DNA of 64,000 nucleotides from Lepidodermella squamata. Its lineage: Eukaryota; Animalia; Gastrotricha. The notes under the pieces are model-generated. The model was not told the DNA's origin, made no database searches, and saw nothing but the letters and a program-made list of their open reading frames with translations. Made by a program: the position numbers and the translations under genes. The stretch lies in the NCBI GenBank assembly GCA_047495785.1, contig JBLDXI010000064.1, positions 868,001 through 932,000 of the forward strand, read 5' to 3'. This document shows, in pieces, positions 11,901-23,200 of the stretch (its first letter is position 1; each line of letters begins with the position of its first letter).

Positions 11901-12998
11901 ACTGCCTGCCGGGCCGTCCGGCGCCACGAACGGTGCGTGGACCCGCTTACCAGCCGCCGCTACGTACGCCTCACTCGCCTCCTGCACGTCCTACGCCCCG
12001 TCGGCGTACAAACGATGCACCCGCCGTGCAACAGGTCAGCCATTTTTCATCATTCAAGCGTACACCTGCGTTATTCAGAGCAGCAGAAATCCGCTGTTTA
12101 AACTCAGATTTTGAGTTGGATGAGCCTCGTTTTCACTGACGAAATCTCGGGGTTTTCAAAGATTTGATATCAAGGGGAGCAGGGAAAGGTTCAATACAAA
12201 GCGCGAAGTACCGTCAGGGATAGTATGGATCACTTAAGGGGAAGGGGGAGGGGCATTCTATTGATTTTCGTTATCGTCGCCAGTTCTGCTGTCCTAGTTC
12301 ACTCTCTGGTTCAGAAGATAGCATCATACGTCTGAAAATCATTCAAAATCATCGCCATGAGGCTGTCTCGGAAATATTCTAGTGGAAATGTTCTTGAAAA
12401 TCGCCTTTTCTTATTCTAATAAATACCTACAGTTCGACATTTGAACGTTAGATATCAAGGAGAATTACAAAGCCTTGAAAACACATCTCACGTTTCTATC
12501 TACGTGTATTGACACTAGGTACGATCACGTGCCGTCCGGACGTGGCCGACTGCTGGTCGCCGACTGACCAGACGCTGCGCGAGTACTCGGTGACCGGGGC
12601 GACGTACGCTTCGACGACGCTGTGCACGGCTGTCGTCGAGTACTACTACTGCTACGACACGGCGAATCCGACGACGGTGACGTGCCGCGACGCGAGCATC
12701 GGCTGCGGCACGCTCAAGCCCCTGCGCGACTTCTCGTCCAACGTCGCCAACATCCGCGTGTTCTCCGACCAATCGTCGTGCCTCGCCTACAACCCCGGCA
12801 CGTGGTACAAGTGCACGGTCAACGGCGTCACCGTGTGCCGCCCGCTCAACGCCGAGATGGACTACACCGCGCCCACCACCTCCGTCAAGTGCCTCGCCAC
12901 TGAAACCGTGAGTGACATCTCAACTTCTTAAGGTTTTAATTTAGTTTGCTTTTTTCCAGGCAAGCGCTTCATCGTACTCAACATCGGCGTGCACTTAG
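8904..12998 (+). CDS. secreted Thr/Ser/Cys-rich tandem-repeat protein, ~706 aa, 13 four-Cys modules; 16 exons: 8904-9014, 9084-9191, 9462-9648, 9708-9883, 10072-10224, 10282-10425, 10808-10954, 11017-11112, 11176-11232, 11283-11366, 11423-11488, 11549-11656, 11719-11775, 11836-12034, 12519-12907, 12960-12998
   Basis: All 15 introns are GT-AG with consistent phase (13 phase 0, 2 phase 1) and give one stop-free frame ending ...SYSTSACT*. Signal peptide (M)ALRFVSSTLAVLVVAVMPIARVNA|C (alternative ATG at 8919). A regular [YW]xxC...C...C...[YF]xxxxxC repeat is preserved across exon junctions. Confidence 0.88.
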
Positions 12999-13163
12999 TG
13001 CTAGCTGTTGGCTTCAACGATTCGGCAAGACTTTTGAATCCAAGCAATGTGGCCGGTGTTTAATATTCCGCATTTTAGTTGATTTAGATTATGTCGCAGG
13101 AGTGTCTTCTCTATTTTTTATTTCCACGGATTTTGAGCGATTAACGAGTTTACTTCTTGTTGA

Positions 13164-13169
13164 AATAAA
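13164..13169 (+). promoter_or_regulatory. polyadenylation signal of the Cys-repeat gene
   Basis: AATAAA ~166 bp after the TAG stop. Confidence 0.6.
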
Positions 13170-14201
13170 AGTAACTAAATGTTCATGAAAAACGCTTTCA
13201 AGCAACGAAAAACATCCAAAAAAGCTACTATTGCAATCGGCATGTATCATATAGGCGAGTAACTAGTTCCAACACTTTGTTATGAATGTAGTTTTGGGTT
13301 TAGGGATCAAACACGTCTTTTGGGGGAAGCAAAGCCTGTCTCCCTTAATGAAAAATGTGGCAGCCTAAAGTAATCAGAAGTTCACTTCGATAGTTTTACG
13401 CGGCTATAATGCGCAGACGTGGAAGAAAAAAATTCTATACAGAGTACTGCGCGCGCACTACATACACCATGCTCATAGCTTATTACATGCTATGTAGCAT
13501 AATAAATGCTCCGGAGAAATGACCAAGGAGAAATGAAATGGTCATTCCATATTCTTTGTGAAGGAATAATCTCCGATTCACATAAGGGACAACTGTCCTG
13601 CGATATTCAATGGGCTGATGAATGATAAATCAATTTGTCTCCTCAAGAAACCTCAAGAAAATCGCAGTTGGAAGTTAGATGGAAGTTGGTTTTATTGATT
13701 TTGAAATTGTTCACGAGAATCATCGAAAGGATTTCAAATTGCAAGTCTTAATTAGAAGGTTTAGCGTCAATGATACATGCAGCAGGTTTGTCGGCTACTT
13801 CCTCGAAAGCCATGAGAATGAGATCTTTCTTGAGGCTTGATTCGATCGGCAATCGCTTTTCGTATTTGTGAACAAGTTGACAAGGAAATAAAATCACGTC
13901 TTTGTTACAGCGCTTGGCGACGAAAGTATGAAAGGCCAATAAGTCGAAAGCTTTTTGGTTTGAAGATAATTAGTTTAGTCTTTCTCGTATCTGAACCTAC
14001 ATGGCTCCGACGATTTTACTTCGTTTTTCTGTTCGTCCTGCAAATAATGAGCGAACTTTGGGGACTTGTCAAAGCTGTAGAAACTGGAAAATTGCATCTC
14101 AGTTATGCAGTATGGCTTCACTTTCGAGCGGTTTGGTGTTTCTGCGCCGTATACTTCGAGTCTCAGCTGCATAGCTGGCTGTTTTGCTGTTTTGGCTAAT
14201 A

Positions 14202-17200
14202 TGGCTGGCAGCGAAATATCGGTCATCCGAAATGTTAGCGAATCGCCTGCAAACGAGTTTGCCCGTGTTGCCACTATCAAATGAAGCAAGAATATGCGTG
14301 ATTTGCCTGGGTACAGCACGATTCCGCATAGCTGCGATGCGTACAAGGGTTGGAAACAGCGTTACAGCCTGTTTGGGCTGGCAGCGAAATATCGGTCATC
14401 CGAAATGTTAGCGAATCGCCTGCAAACGTGTTTGCCCGTGTTGCCACTATCAAATGAAGCAAGAATATGCGTGATTTGCCTGGGTACAGCACGATTCCGC
14501 ATAGCTGCGATGCGTACAAGGGTTGGAAACAGCGTTCCAGCCTGTTTTGGCTGGCAGCGAAATATCGGTCATCCGAAATGTTAGCGAATCGCCTGCAAAC
14601 GAGTTTGCCCGTGTTGCCACTATCAAATGAAGCAAGAATATGCGTGATTTGCCTGGGTTCAGCACGATTCCGCATAGCTGCGATGCGTACAAGGGTTGAA
14701 AACAGCGTTACAGCCTGTTTTGGCTGGCAGCGAAATATCGGTCATCCGAAATGTTAGCGAATCGCCTGCAAACGAGTTTGCCCGTGTTGCCATTATCAAA
14801 TGAAGCAAGAATATGCGTGATTTACCTGGGTTCAGCACGATTCCGCATAGCTGCGATGCGTACAAGGGTTGGAAACAGCGTTCCAGCCTGTTTTGGCTGG
14901 CAGCGAAATATCGGTCATCCGAAATGTTAGCGAATCGCCTGCAAACGAGTTTGCCCGTGTTGCCACTATCAAATGAAGCAAGAATATGCGTGATTTGCCT
15001 GGGTACAGCACGATTCCGCATAGCTGCGATGCGTACAAGGGTTGGAAACAGCGTTACAGCCTGTTTGGGCTGGCAGCGAAATATCGGTCATCCGAAATGT
15101 TAGCGAATCGCCTGCAAACGTGTTTGCCCGTGTTGCCACTATCAAATGAAGCAAGAATATGCGTGATTTGCCTGGGTTCAGCACGATTCCGCATAGCTGC
15201 GATGCGTACAAGGGTTGGAAACAGCGTTCCAGCCTGTTTTGGCTGGCAGCGAAATATCGGTCATCCGAAATGTTGGCGAATCGCCTGCAAACGAGTTTGC
15301 CCGTGTTGCCACTATCAAATGAAGCAAGAATATGCGTGATTTGCCTGGGTTCAGCACGATTCCGCATAGCTGCGATGCGTACAAGGGTTGAAAACAGCGT
15401 TACAGCCTGTTTTGGCTGGCAGCGAAATATCGGTCATCCGAAATGTTAGCGAATCGCCTGCAAACGAGTTTGCCCGTGTTGCCACTATCAAATGAAGCAA
15501 GAATATGCGTGATTTGCCTGGGTTCAGCACGATTCCGCATAGCTGCGATGCGTACAAGGGTTGGAAACAGCGTTACAGCCTGTTTTGGCTGGCAGCGAAA
15601 TATCGGTCATCCGAAATGTTAGCGAATCGCCTGCAAACGAGTTTGCCCGTGTTGCCATTATCAAATGAAGCAAGAATATGCGTGATTTACCTGGGTTCAG
15701 CACGATTCCGCATAGCTGCGATGCGTACAAGGGTTGGAAACAGCGTTCCAGCCTGTTTTGGCTGGCAGCGAAATATCGGTCATCCGAAATGTTAGCGAAT
15801 CGCCTGCAAACGAGTTTGCCCGTGTTGCCACTATCAAATGAAGCAAGAATATGCGTGATTTGCCTGGGTTCAGCACGATTCCGCATAGCTGCGATGCGTA
15901 CAAGGGTTGAAAACAGCGTTACAGCCTGTTTTGGCTGGCAGCGAAATATCGGTCATCCGAAATGTTAGCGAATCGCCTGCAAACGAGTTTGCCCGTGTTG
16001 CCATTATCAAATGAAGCAAGAATATGCGTGATTTACCTGGGTTCAGCACGATTCCGCATAGCTGCGATGCGTACAAGGGTTGGAAACAGCGTTCCAGCCT
16101 GTTTTGGCTGGCAGCGAAATATCGGTCATCCGAAATGTTAGCGAATCGCCTGCAAACGAGTTTGCCCGTGTTGCCACTATCAAATGAAGCAAGAATATGC
16201 GTGATTTGCCTGGGTTCAGCACGATTCCGCATAGCTGCGATGCGTACAAGGGTTGGAAACAGCGTTCCAGCCTGTTTTGGCTGGCAGCGAAATATCGGTC
16301 ATCCGAAATGTTAGCGAATCGCCTGCAAACGAGTTTGCCCGTGTTGCCATTATCAAATGAAGCAAGAATATGCGTGATTTACCTGGGTTCAGCACGATTC
16401 CGCATAGCTGCGATGCGTACAAGGGTTGGAAACAGCGTTCCAGCCTGTTTTGGCTGGCAGCGAAATATCGGTCATCCGAAATGTTAGCGAATCGCCTGCA
16501 AACGAGTTTGCCCGTGTTGCCACTATCAAATGAAGCAAGAATATGCGTGATTTGCCTGGGTACAGCACGATTCCGCATAGCTGCGATGCGTACAAGGGTT
16601 GAAAACAGCGTTACAGCCTGTTTTGGCTGGCAGCGAAATATCGGTCATCCGAAATGTTAGCGAATCGCCTGCAAACGAGTTTGCCCGTGTTGCCACTATC
16701 AAATGAAGCAAGAATATGCGTGATTTGCCTGGGTACAGCACGATTCCGCATAGCTGCGATGCGTACAAGGGTTGGAAACAGCGTTACAGCCTGTTTGGGC
16801 TGGCAGCGAAATATCGGTCATCCGAAATGTTAGCGAATCGCCTGCAAACGTGTTTGCCCGTGTTGCCACTATCAAATGAAGCAAGAATATGCGTGATTTG
16901 CCTGGGTACAGCACGATTCCGCATAGCTGCGATGCGTACAAGGGTTGGAAACAGCGTTCCAGCCTGTTTTGGCTGGCAGCGAAATATCGGTCATCCGAAA
17001 TGTTAGCGAATCGCCTGCAAACGAGTTTGCCCGTGTTGCCACTATCAAATGAAGCAAGAATATGCGTGATTTGCCTGGGTTCAGCACGATTCCGCATAGC
17101 TGCGATGCGTACAAGGGTTGAAAACAGCGTTACAGCCTGTTTTGGCTGGCAGCGAAATATCGGTCATCCGAAATGTTAGCAAATCGCCTGCAAACGAGTT

Positions 17201-20200
17201 TGCCCGTGTTGCCACTATCAAATGAAGCAAGAATATGCGTGATTTGCCTGGGTACAGCACGATTCCGCATAGCTGCGATGCGTACAAGGGTTGGAAACAG
17301 CGTTACAGCCTGTTTGGGCTGGCAGCGAAATATCGGTCATCCGAAATGTTAGCGAATCGCCTGCAAACGAGTTTGCCCGTGTTGCCACTATCAAATGAAG
17401 CAAGAATATGCGTGATTTGCCTGGGTTCAGCACGATTCCGCATAGCTGCGATGCGTACAAGGGTTGGAAACAGCGTTCCAGCCTGTTTTGGCTGGCAGCG
17501 AAATATCGGTCATCCGAAATGTTAGCGAATCGCCTGCAAACGAGTTTGCCCGTGTTGCCACTATCAAATGAAGCAAGAATATGCGTGATTTGCCTGGGTA
17601 CAGCACGATTCCGCATAGCTGCGATGCGTACAAGGGTTGAAAACAGCGTTACAGCCTGTTTTGGCTGGCAGCGAAATATCGGTCATCCGAAATGTTAGCG
17701 AATCGCCTGCAAACGAGTTTGCCCGTGTTGCCACTATCAAATGAAGCAAGAATATGCGTGATTTGCCTGGGTACAGCACGATTCCGCATAGCTGCGATGC
17801 GTACAAGGGTTGGAAACAGCGTTACAGCCTGTTTGGGCTGGCAGCGAAATATCGGTCATCCGAAATGTTAGCGAATCGCCTGCAAACGTGTTTGCCCGTG
17901 TTGCCACTATCAAATGAAGCAAGAATATGCGTGATTTGCCTGGGTACAGCACGATTCCGCATAGCTGCGATGCGTACAAGGGTTGGAAACAGCGTTCCAG
18001 CCTGTTTTGGCTGGCAGCGAAATATCGGTCATCCGAAATGTTAGCGAATCGCCTGCAAACGAGTTTGCCCGTGTTGCCACTATCAAATGAAGCAAGAATA
18101 TGCGTGATTTACCTGGGTTCAGCACGATTCCGCATAGCTGCGATGCGTACAAGGGTTGGAAACAGCGTTCCAGCCTGTTTTGGCTGGCAGCGAAATATCG
18201 GTCATCCGAAATGTTGGCGAATCGCCTGCAAACGAGTTTGCCCGTGTTGCCACTATCAAATGAAGCAAGAATATGCGTGATTTGCCTGGGTTCAGCACGA
18301 TTCCGCATAGCTGCGATGCGTACAAGGGTTGAAAACAGCGTTACAGCCTGTTTTGGCTGGCAGCGAAATATCGGTCATCCGAAATGTTAGCGAATCGCCT
18401 GCAAACGAGTTTGCCCGTGTTGCCACTATCAAATGAAGCAAGAATATGCGTGATTTGCCTGGGTACAGCACGATTCCGCATAGCTGCGATGCGTACAAGG
18501 GTTGGAAACAGCGTTACAGCCTGTTTGGGCTGGCAGCGAAATATCGGTCATCCGAAATGTTAGCGAATCGCCTGCAAACGAGTTTGCCCGTGTTGCCACT
18601 ATCAAATGAAGCAAGAATATGCGTGATTTACCTGGGTTCAGCACGATTCCGCATAGCTGCGATGCGTACAAGGGTTGGAAACAGCGTTCCAGCCTGTTTT
18701 GGCTGGCAGCGAAATATCGGTCATCCGAAATGTTGGCGAATCGCCTGCAAACGAGTTTGCCCGTGTTGCCACTATCAAATGAAGCAAGAATATGCGTGAT
18801 TTGCCTGGGTTCAGCACGATTCCGCATAGCTGCGATGCGTACAAGGGTTGAAAACAGCGTTACAGCCTGTTTTGGCTGGCAGCGAAATATCGGTCATCCG
18901 AAATGTTAGCGAATCGCCTGCAAACGAGTTTGCCCGTGTTGCCACTATCAAATGAAGCAAGAATATGCGTGATTTGCCTGGGTACAGCACGATTCCGCAT
19001 AGCTGCGATGCGTACAAGGGTTGGAAACAGCGTTACAGCCTGTTTGGGCTGGCAGCGAAATATCGGTCATCCGAAATGTTAGCGAATCGCCTGCAAACGT
19101 GTTTGCCCGTGTTGCCACTATCAAATGAAGCAAGAATATGCGTGATTTGCCTGGGTACAGCACGATTCCGCATAGCTGCGATGCGTACAAGGGTTGGAAA
19201 CAGCGTTCCAGCCTGTTTGGGCTGGCAGCGAAATATCGGTCATCCGAAATGTTAGCGAATCGCCTGCAAACGAGTTTGCCCGTGTTGCCACTATCAAATG
19301 AAGCAAGAATATGCGTGATTTGCCTGGGTTCAGCACGATTCCGCATAGCTGCGATGCGTACAAGGGTTGAAAACAGCGTTCCAGCCTGTTTTGGCTGGCA
19401 GCGAAATATCGGTCATCCGAAATGTTAGCGAATCGCCTGCAAACGAGTTTGCCCGTGTTGCCATTATCAAATGAAGCAAGAATATGCGTGATTTACCTGG
19501 GTTCAGCACGATTCCGCATAGCTGCGATGCGTACAAGGGTTGGAAACAGCGTTCCAGCCTGTTTTGGCTGGCAGCGAAATATCGGTCATCCGAAATGTTA
19601 GCGAATCGCCTGCAAACGAGTTTGCCCGTGTTGCCACTATCAAATGAAGCAAGAATATGCGTGATTTGCCTGGGTACAGCACGATTCCGCATAGCTGCGA
19701 TGCGTACAAGGGTTGAAAACAGCGTTACAGCCTGTTTTGGCTGGCAGCGAAATATCGGTCATCCGAAATGTTAGCGAATCGCCTGCAAACGAGTTTGCCC
19801 GTGTTGCCACTATCAAATAAAGCAAGAATATGCGTGATTTGCCTGGGTACAGCACGATTCCGCATAGCTGCGATGCGTACAAGGGTTGGAAACAGCGTTA
19901 CAGCCTGTTTGGGCTGGCAGCGAAATATCGGTCATCCGAAATGTTAGCGAATCGCCTGCAAACGTGTTTGCCCGTGTTGCCACTATCAAATGAAGCAAGA
20001 ATATGCGTGATTTGCCTGGGTACAGCACGATTCTGCATAGCTGCGATGCGTACAAGGGTTGGAAACAGCGTTCCAGCCTGTTTTGGCTGGCAGCGAAATA
20101 TCGGTCATCCGAAATGTTAGCGAATCGCCTGCAAACGAGTTTGCCCGTGTTGCCACTATCAAATGAAGCAAGAATATGCGTGATTTGCCTGGGTTCAGCA

Positions 20201-23200
20201 CGATTCCGCATAGCTGCGATGCGTACAAGGGTTGAAAACAGCGTTACAGCCTGTTTTGGCTGGCAGCGAAATATCGGTCATCCGAAATGTTAGCGAATCG
20301 CCTGCAAACGAGTTTGCCCGTGTTGCCATTATCAAATGAAGCAAGAATATGCGTGATTTACCTGGGTTCAGCACGATTCCGCATAGCTGCGATGCGTACA
20401 AGGGTTGGAAACAGCGTTCCAGCCTGTTTTGGCTGGCAGCGAAATATCGGTCATCCGAAATGTTAGCGAATCGCCTGCAAACGAGTTTGCCCGTGTTGCC
20501 ACTATCAAATGAAGCAAGAATATGCGTGATTTGCCTGGGTACAGCACGATTCCGCATAGCTGCGATGCGTACAAGGGTTGGAAACAGCGTTACAGCCTGT
20601 TTTGGCTGGCAGCGAAATATCGGTCATCTGAAATGTTAGCGAATCGCCTGCAAACGAGTTTCCCCGTGTTGCCACTATCAAATGAAGCAAGAATATGCGT
20701 GATTTGCCTGGGTTCAGCACGATTCCGCATAGCTGCGATGCGTACAAGGGTTGAAAACAGCGTTCCAGCCTGTTTTGGCTGGCAGCGAAATATCGGTCAT
20801 CCGAAATGTTAGCGAATCGCCTGCAAACGTGTTTGCCCGTGTTGCCACTATCAAATGAAGCAAGAATATGCGTGATTTGCCTGGGTTCAGCACGATTCCG
20901 CATAGCTGCGATGCGTACAAGGGTTGGAAACAGCGTTCCAGCCTGTTTTGGCTGGCAGCGAAATATCGGTCATCCGAAATGTTAGCGAATCGCCTGCAAA
21001 CGTGTTTGCCCGTGTTGCCACTATCAAATGAAGCAAGAATATGCGTGATTTGCCTGGGTTCAGCACGATTCCGCATAGCTGCGATGCGTACAAGGGTTTG
21101 AAACAGCGTTACAGCCTGTTTTGGCTGGCAGCGAAATATCGGTCATCCGAAATGTTAGCAAATCGCCTGCAAACGAGTTTGCCCGTGTTGCCACTATCAA
21201 ATGAAGCAAGAATATGCGTGATTTGCCTGGGTACAGCACGATTCCGCATAGCTGCGATGCGTACAAGGGTTGGAAACAGCGTTACAGCCTGTTTGGGCTG
21301 GCAGCGAAATATCGGTCATCCGAAATGTTAGCGAATCGCCTGCAAACGAGTTTGCCCGTGTTGCCACTATCAAATGAAGCAAGAATATGCGTGATTTGCC
21401 TGGGTTCAGCACGATTCCGCATAGCTGCGATGCGTACAAGGGTTGGAAACAGCGTTCCAGCCTGTTTTGGCTGGCAGCGAAATATCGGTCATCCGAAATG
21501 TTAGCGAATCGCCTGCAAACGAGTTTGCCCGTGTTGCCACTATCAAATGAAGCAAGAATATGCGTGATTTGCCTGGGTACAGCACGATTCCGCATAGCTG
21601 CGATGCGTACAAGGGTTGAAAACAGCGTTACAGCCTGTTTTGGCTGGCAGCGAAATATCGGTCATCCGAAATGTTAGCGAATCGCCTGCAAACGAGTTTG
21701 CCCGTGTTGCCACTATCAAATGAAGCAAGAATATGCGTGATTTGCCTGGGTACAGCACGATTCCGCATAGCTGCGATGCGTACAAGGGTTGGAAACAGCG
21801 TTACAGCCTGTTTGGGCTGGCAGCGAAATATCGGTCATCCGAAATGTTAGCGAATCGCCTGCAAACGTGTTTGCCCGTGTTGCCACTATCAAATGAAGCA
21901 AGAATATGCGTGATTTGCCTGGGTACAGCACGATTCCGCATAGCTGCGATGCGTACAAGGGTTGGAAACAGCGTTCCAGCCTGTTTTGGCTGGCAGCGAA
22001 ATATCGGTCATCCGAAATGTTAGCGAATCGCCTGCAAACGAGTTTGCCCGTGTTGCCACTATCAAATGAAGCAAGAATATGCGTGATTTACCTGGGTTCA
22101 GCACGATTCCGCATAGCTGCGATGCGTACAAGGGTTGGAAACAGCGTTCCAGCCTGTTTTGGCTGGCAGCGAAATATCGGTCATCCGAAATGTTGGCGAA
22201 TCGCCTGCAAACGAGTTTGCCCGTGTTGCCACTATCAAATGAAGCAAGAATATGCGTGATTTGCCTGGGTTCAGCACGATTCCGCATAGCTGCGATGCGT
22301 ACAAGGGTTGAAAACAGCGTTACAGCCTGTTTTGGCTGGCAGCGAAATATCGGTCATCCGAAATGTTAGCGAATCGCCTGCAAACGAGTTTGCCCGTGTT
22401 GCCACTATCAAATGAAGCAAGAATATGCGTGATTTGCCTGGGTACAGCACGATTCCGCATAGCTGCGATGCGTACAAGGGTTGGAAACAGCGTTACAGCC
22501 TGTTTGGGCTGGCAGCGAAATATCGGTCATCCGAAATGTTAGCGAATCGCCTGCAAACGAGTTTGCCCGTGTTGCCACTATCAAATGAAGCAAGAATATG
22601 CGTGATTTACCTGGGTTCAGCACGATTCCGCATAGCTGCGATGCGTACAAGGGTTGGAAACAGCGTTCCAGCCTGTTTTGGCTGGCAGCGAAATATCGGT
22701 CATCCGAAATGTTGGCGAATCGCCTGCAAACGAGTTTGCCCGTGTTGCCACTATCAAATGAAGCAAGAATATGCGTGATTTGCCTGGGTTCAGCACGATT
22801 CCGCATAGCTGCGATGCGTACAAGGGTTGAAAACAGCGTTACAGCCTGTTTTGGCTGGCAGCGAAATATCGGTCATCCGAAATGTTAGCGAATCGCCTGC
22901 AAACGAGTTTGCCCGTGTTGCCACTATCAAATGAAGCAAGAATATGCGTGATTTGCCTGGGTACAGCACGATTCCGCATAGCTGCGATGCGTACAAGGGT
23001 TGGAAACAGCGTTACAGCCTGTTTGGGCTGGCAGCGAAATATCGGTCATCCGAAATGTTAGCGAATCGCCTGCAAACGTGTTTGCCCGTGTTGCCACTAT
23101 CAAATGAAGCAAGAATATGCGTGATTTGCCTGGGTACAGCACGATTCCGCATAGCTGCGATGCGTACAAGGGTTGGAAACAGCGTTCCAGCCTGTTTTGG

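Noticed and set aside
13500-14199. ORFs 13748-13939(-), 13837-14199(+), 13975-14346(-) as transposase/retroelement relics
   Set aside because: No recognisable DDE, RT or Helitron motifs; only tiny local duplications such as CCTCAAGAAA x2.
14345-14362. CENP-B box similarity (GTTGGAAAC)
   Set aside because: Only the central 9 nt match; the essential TTCG and CGGG bases of the 17-bp box are absent.
14202-14374. Hammerhead ribozyme, as in schistosome/newt/cricket satellites
   Set aside because: No CUGANGA core on either strand (closest is CGGATGA on minus) and no correctly placed GAAA after a stem II.
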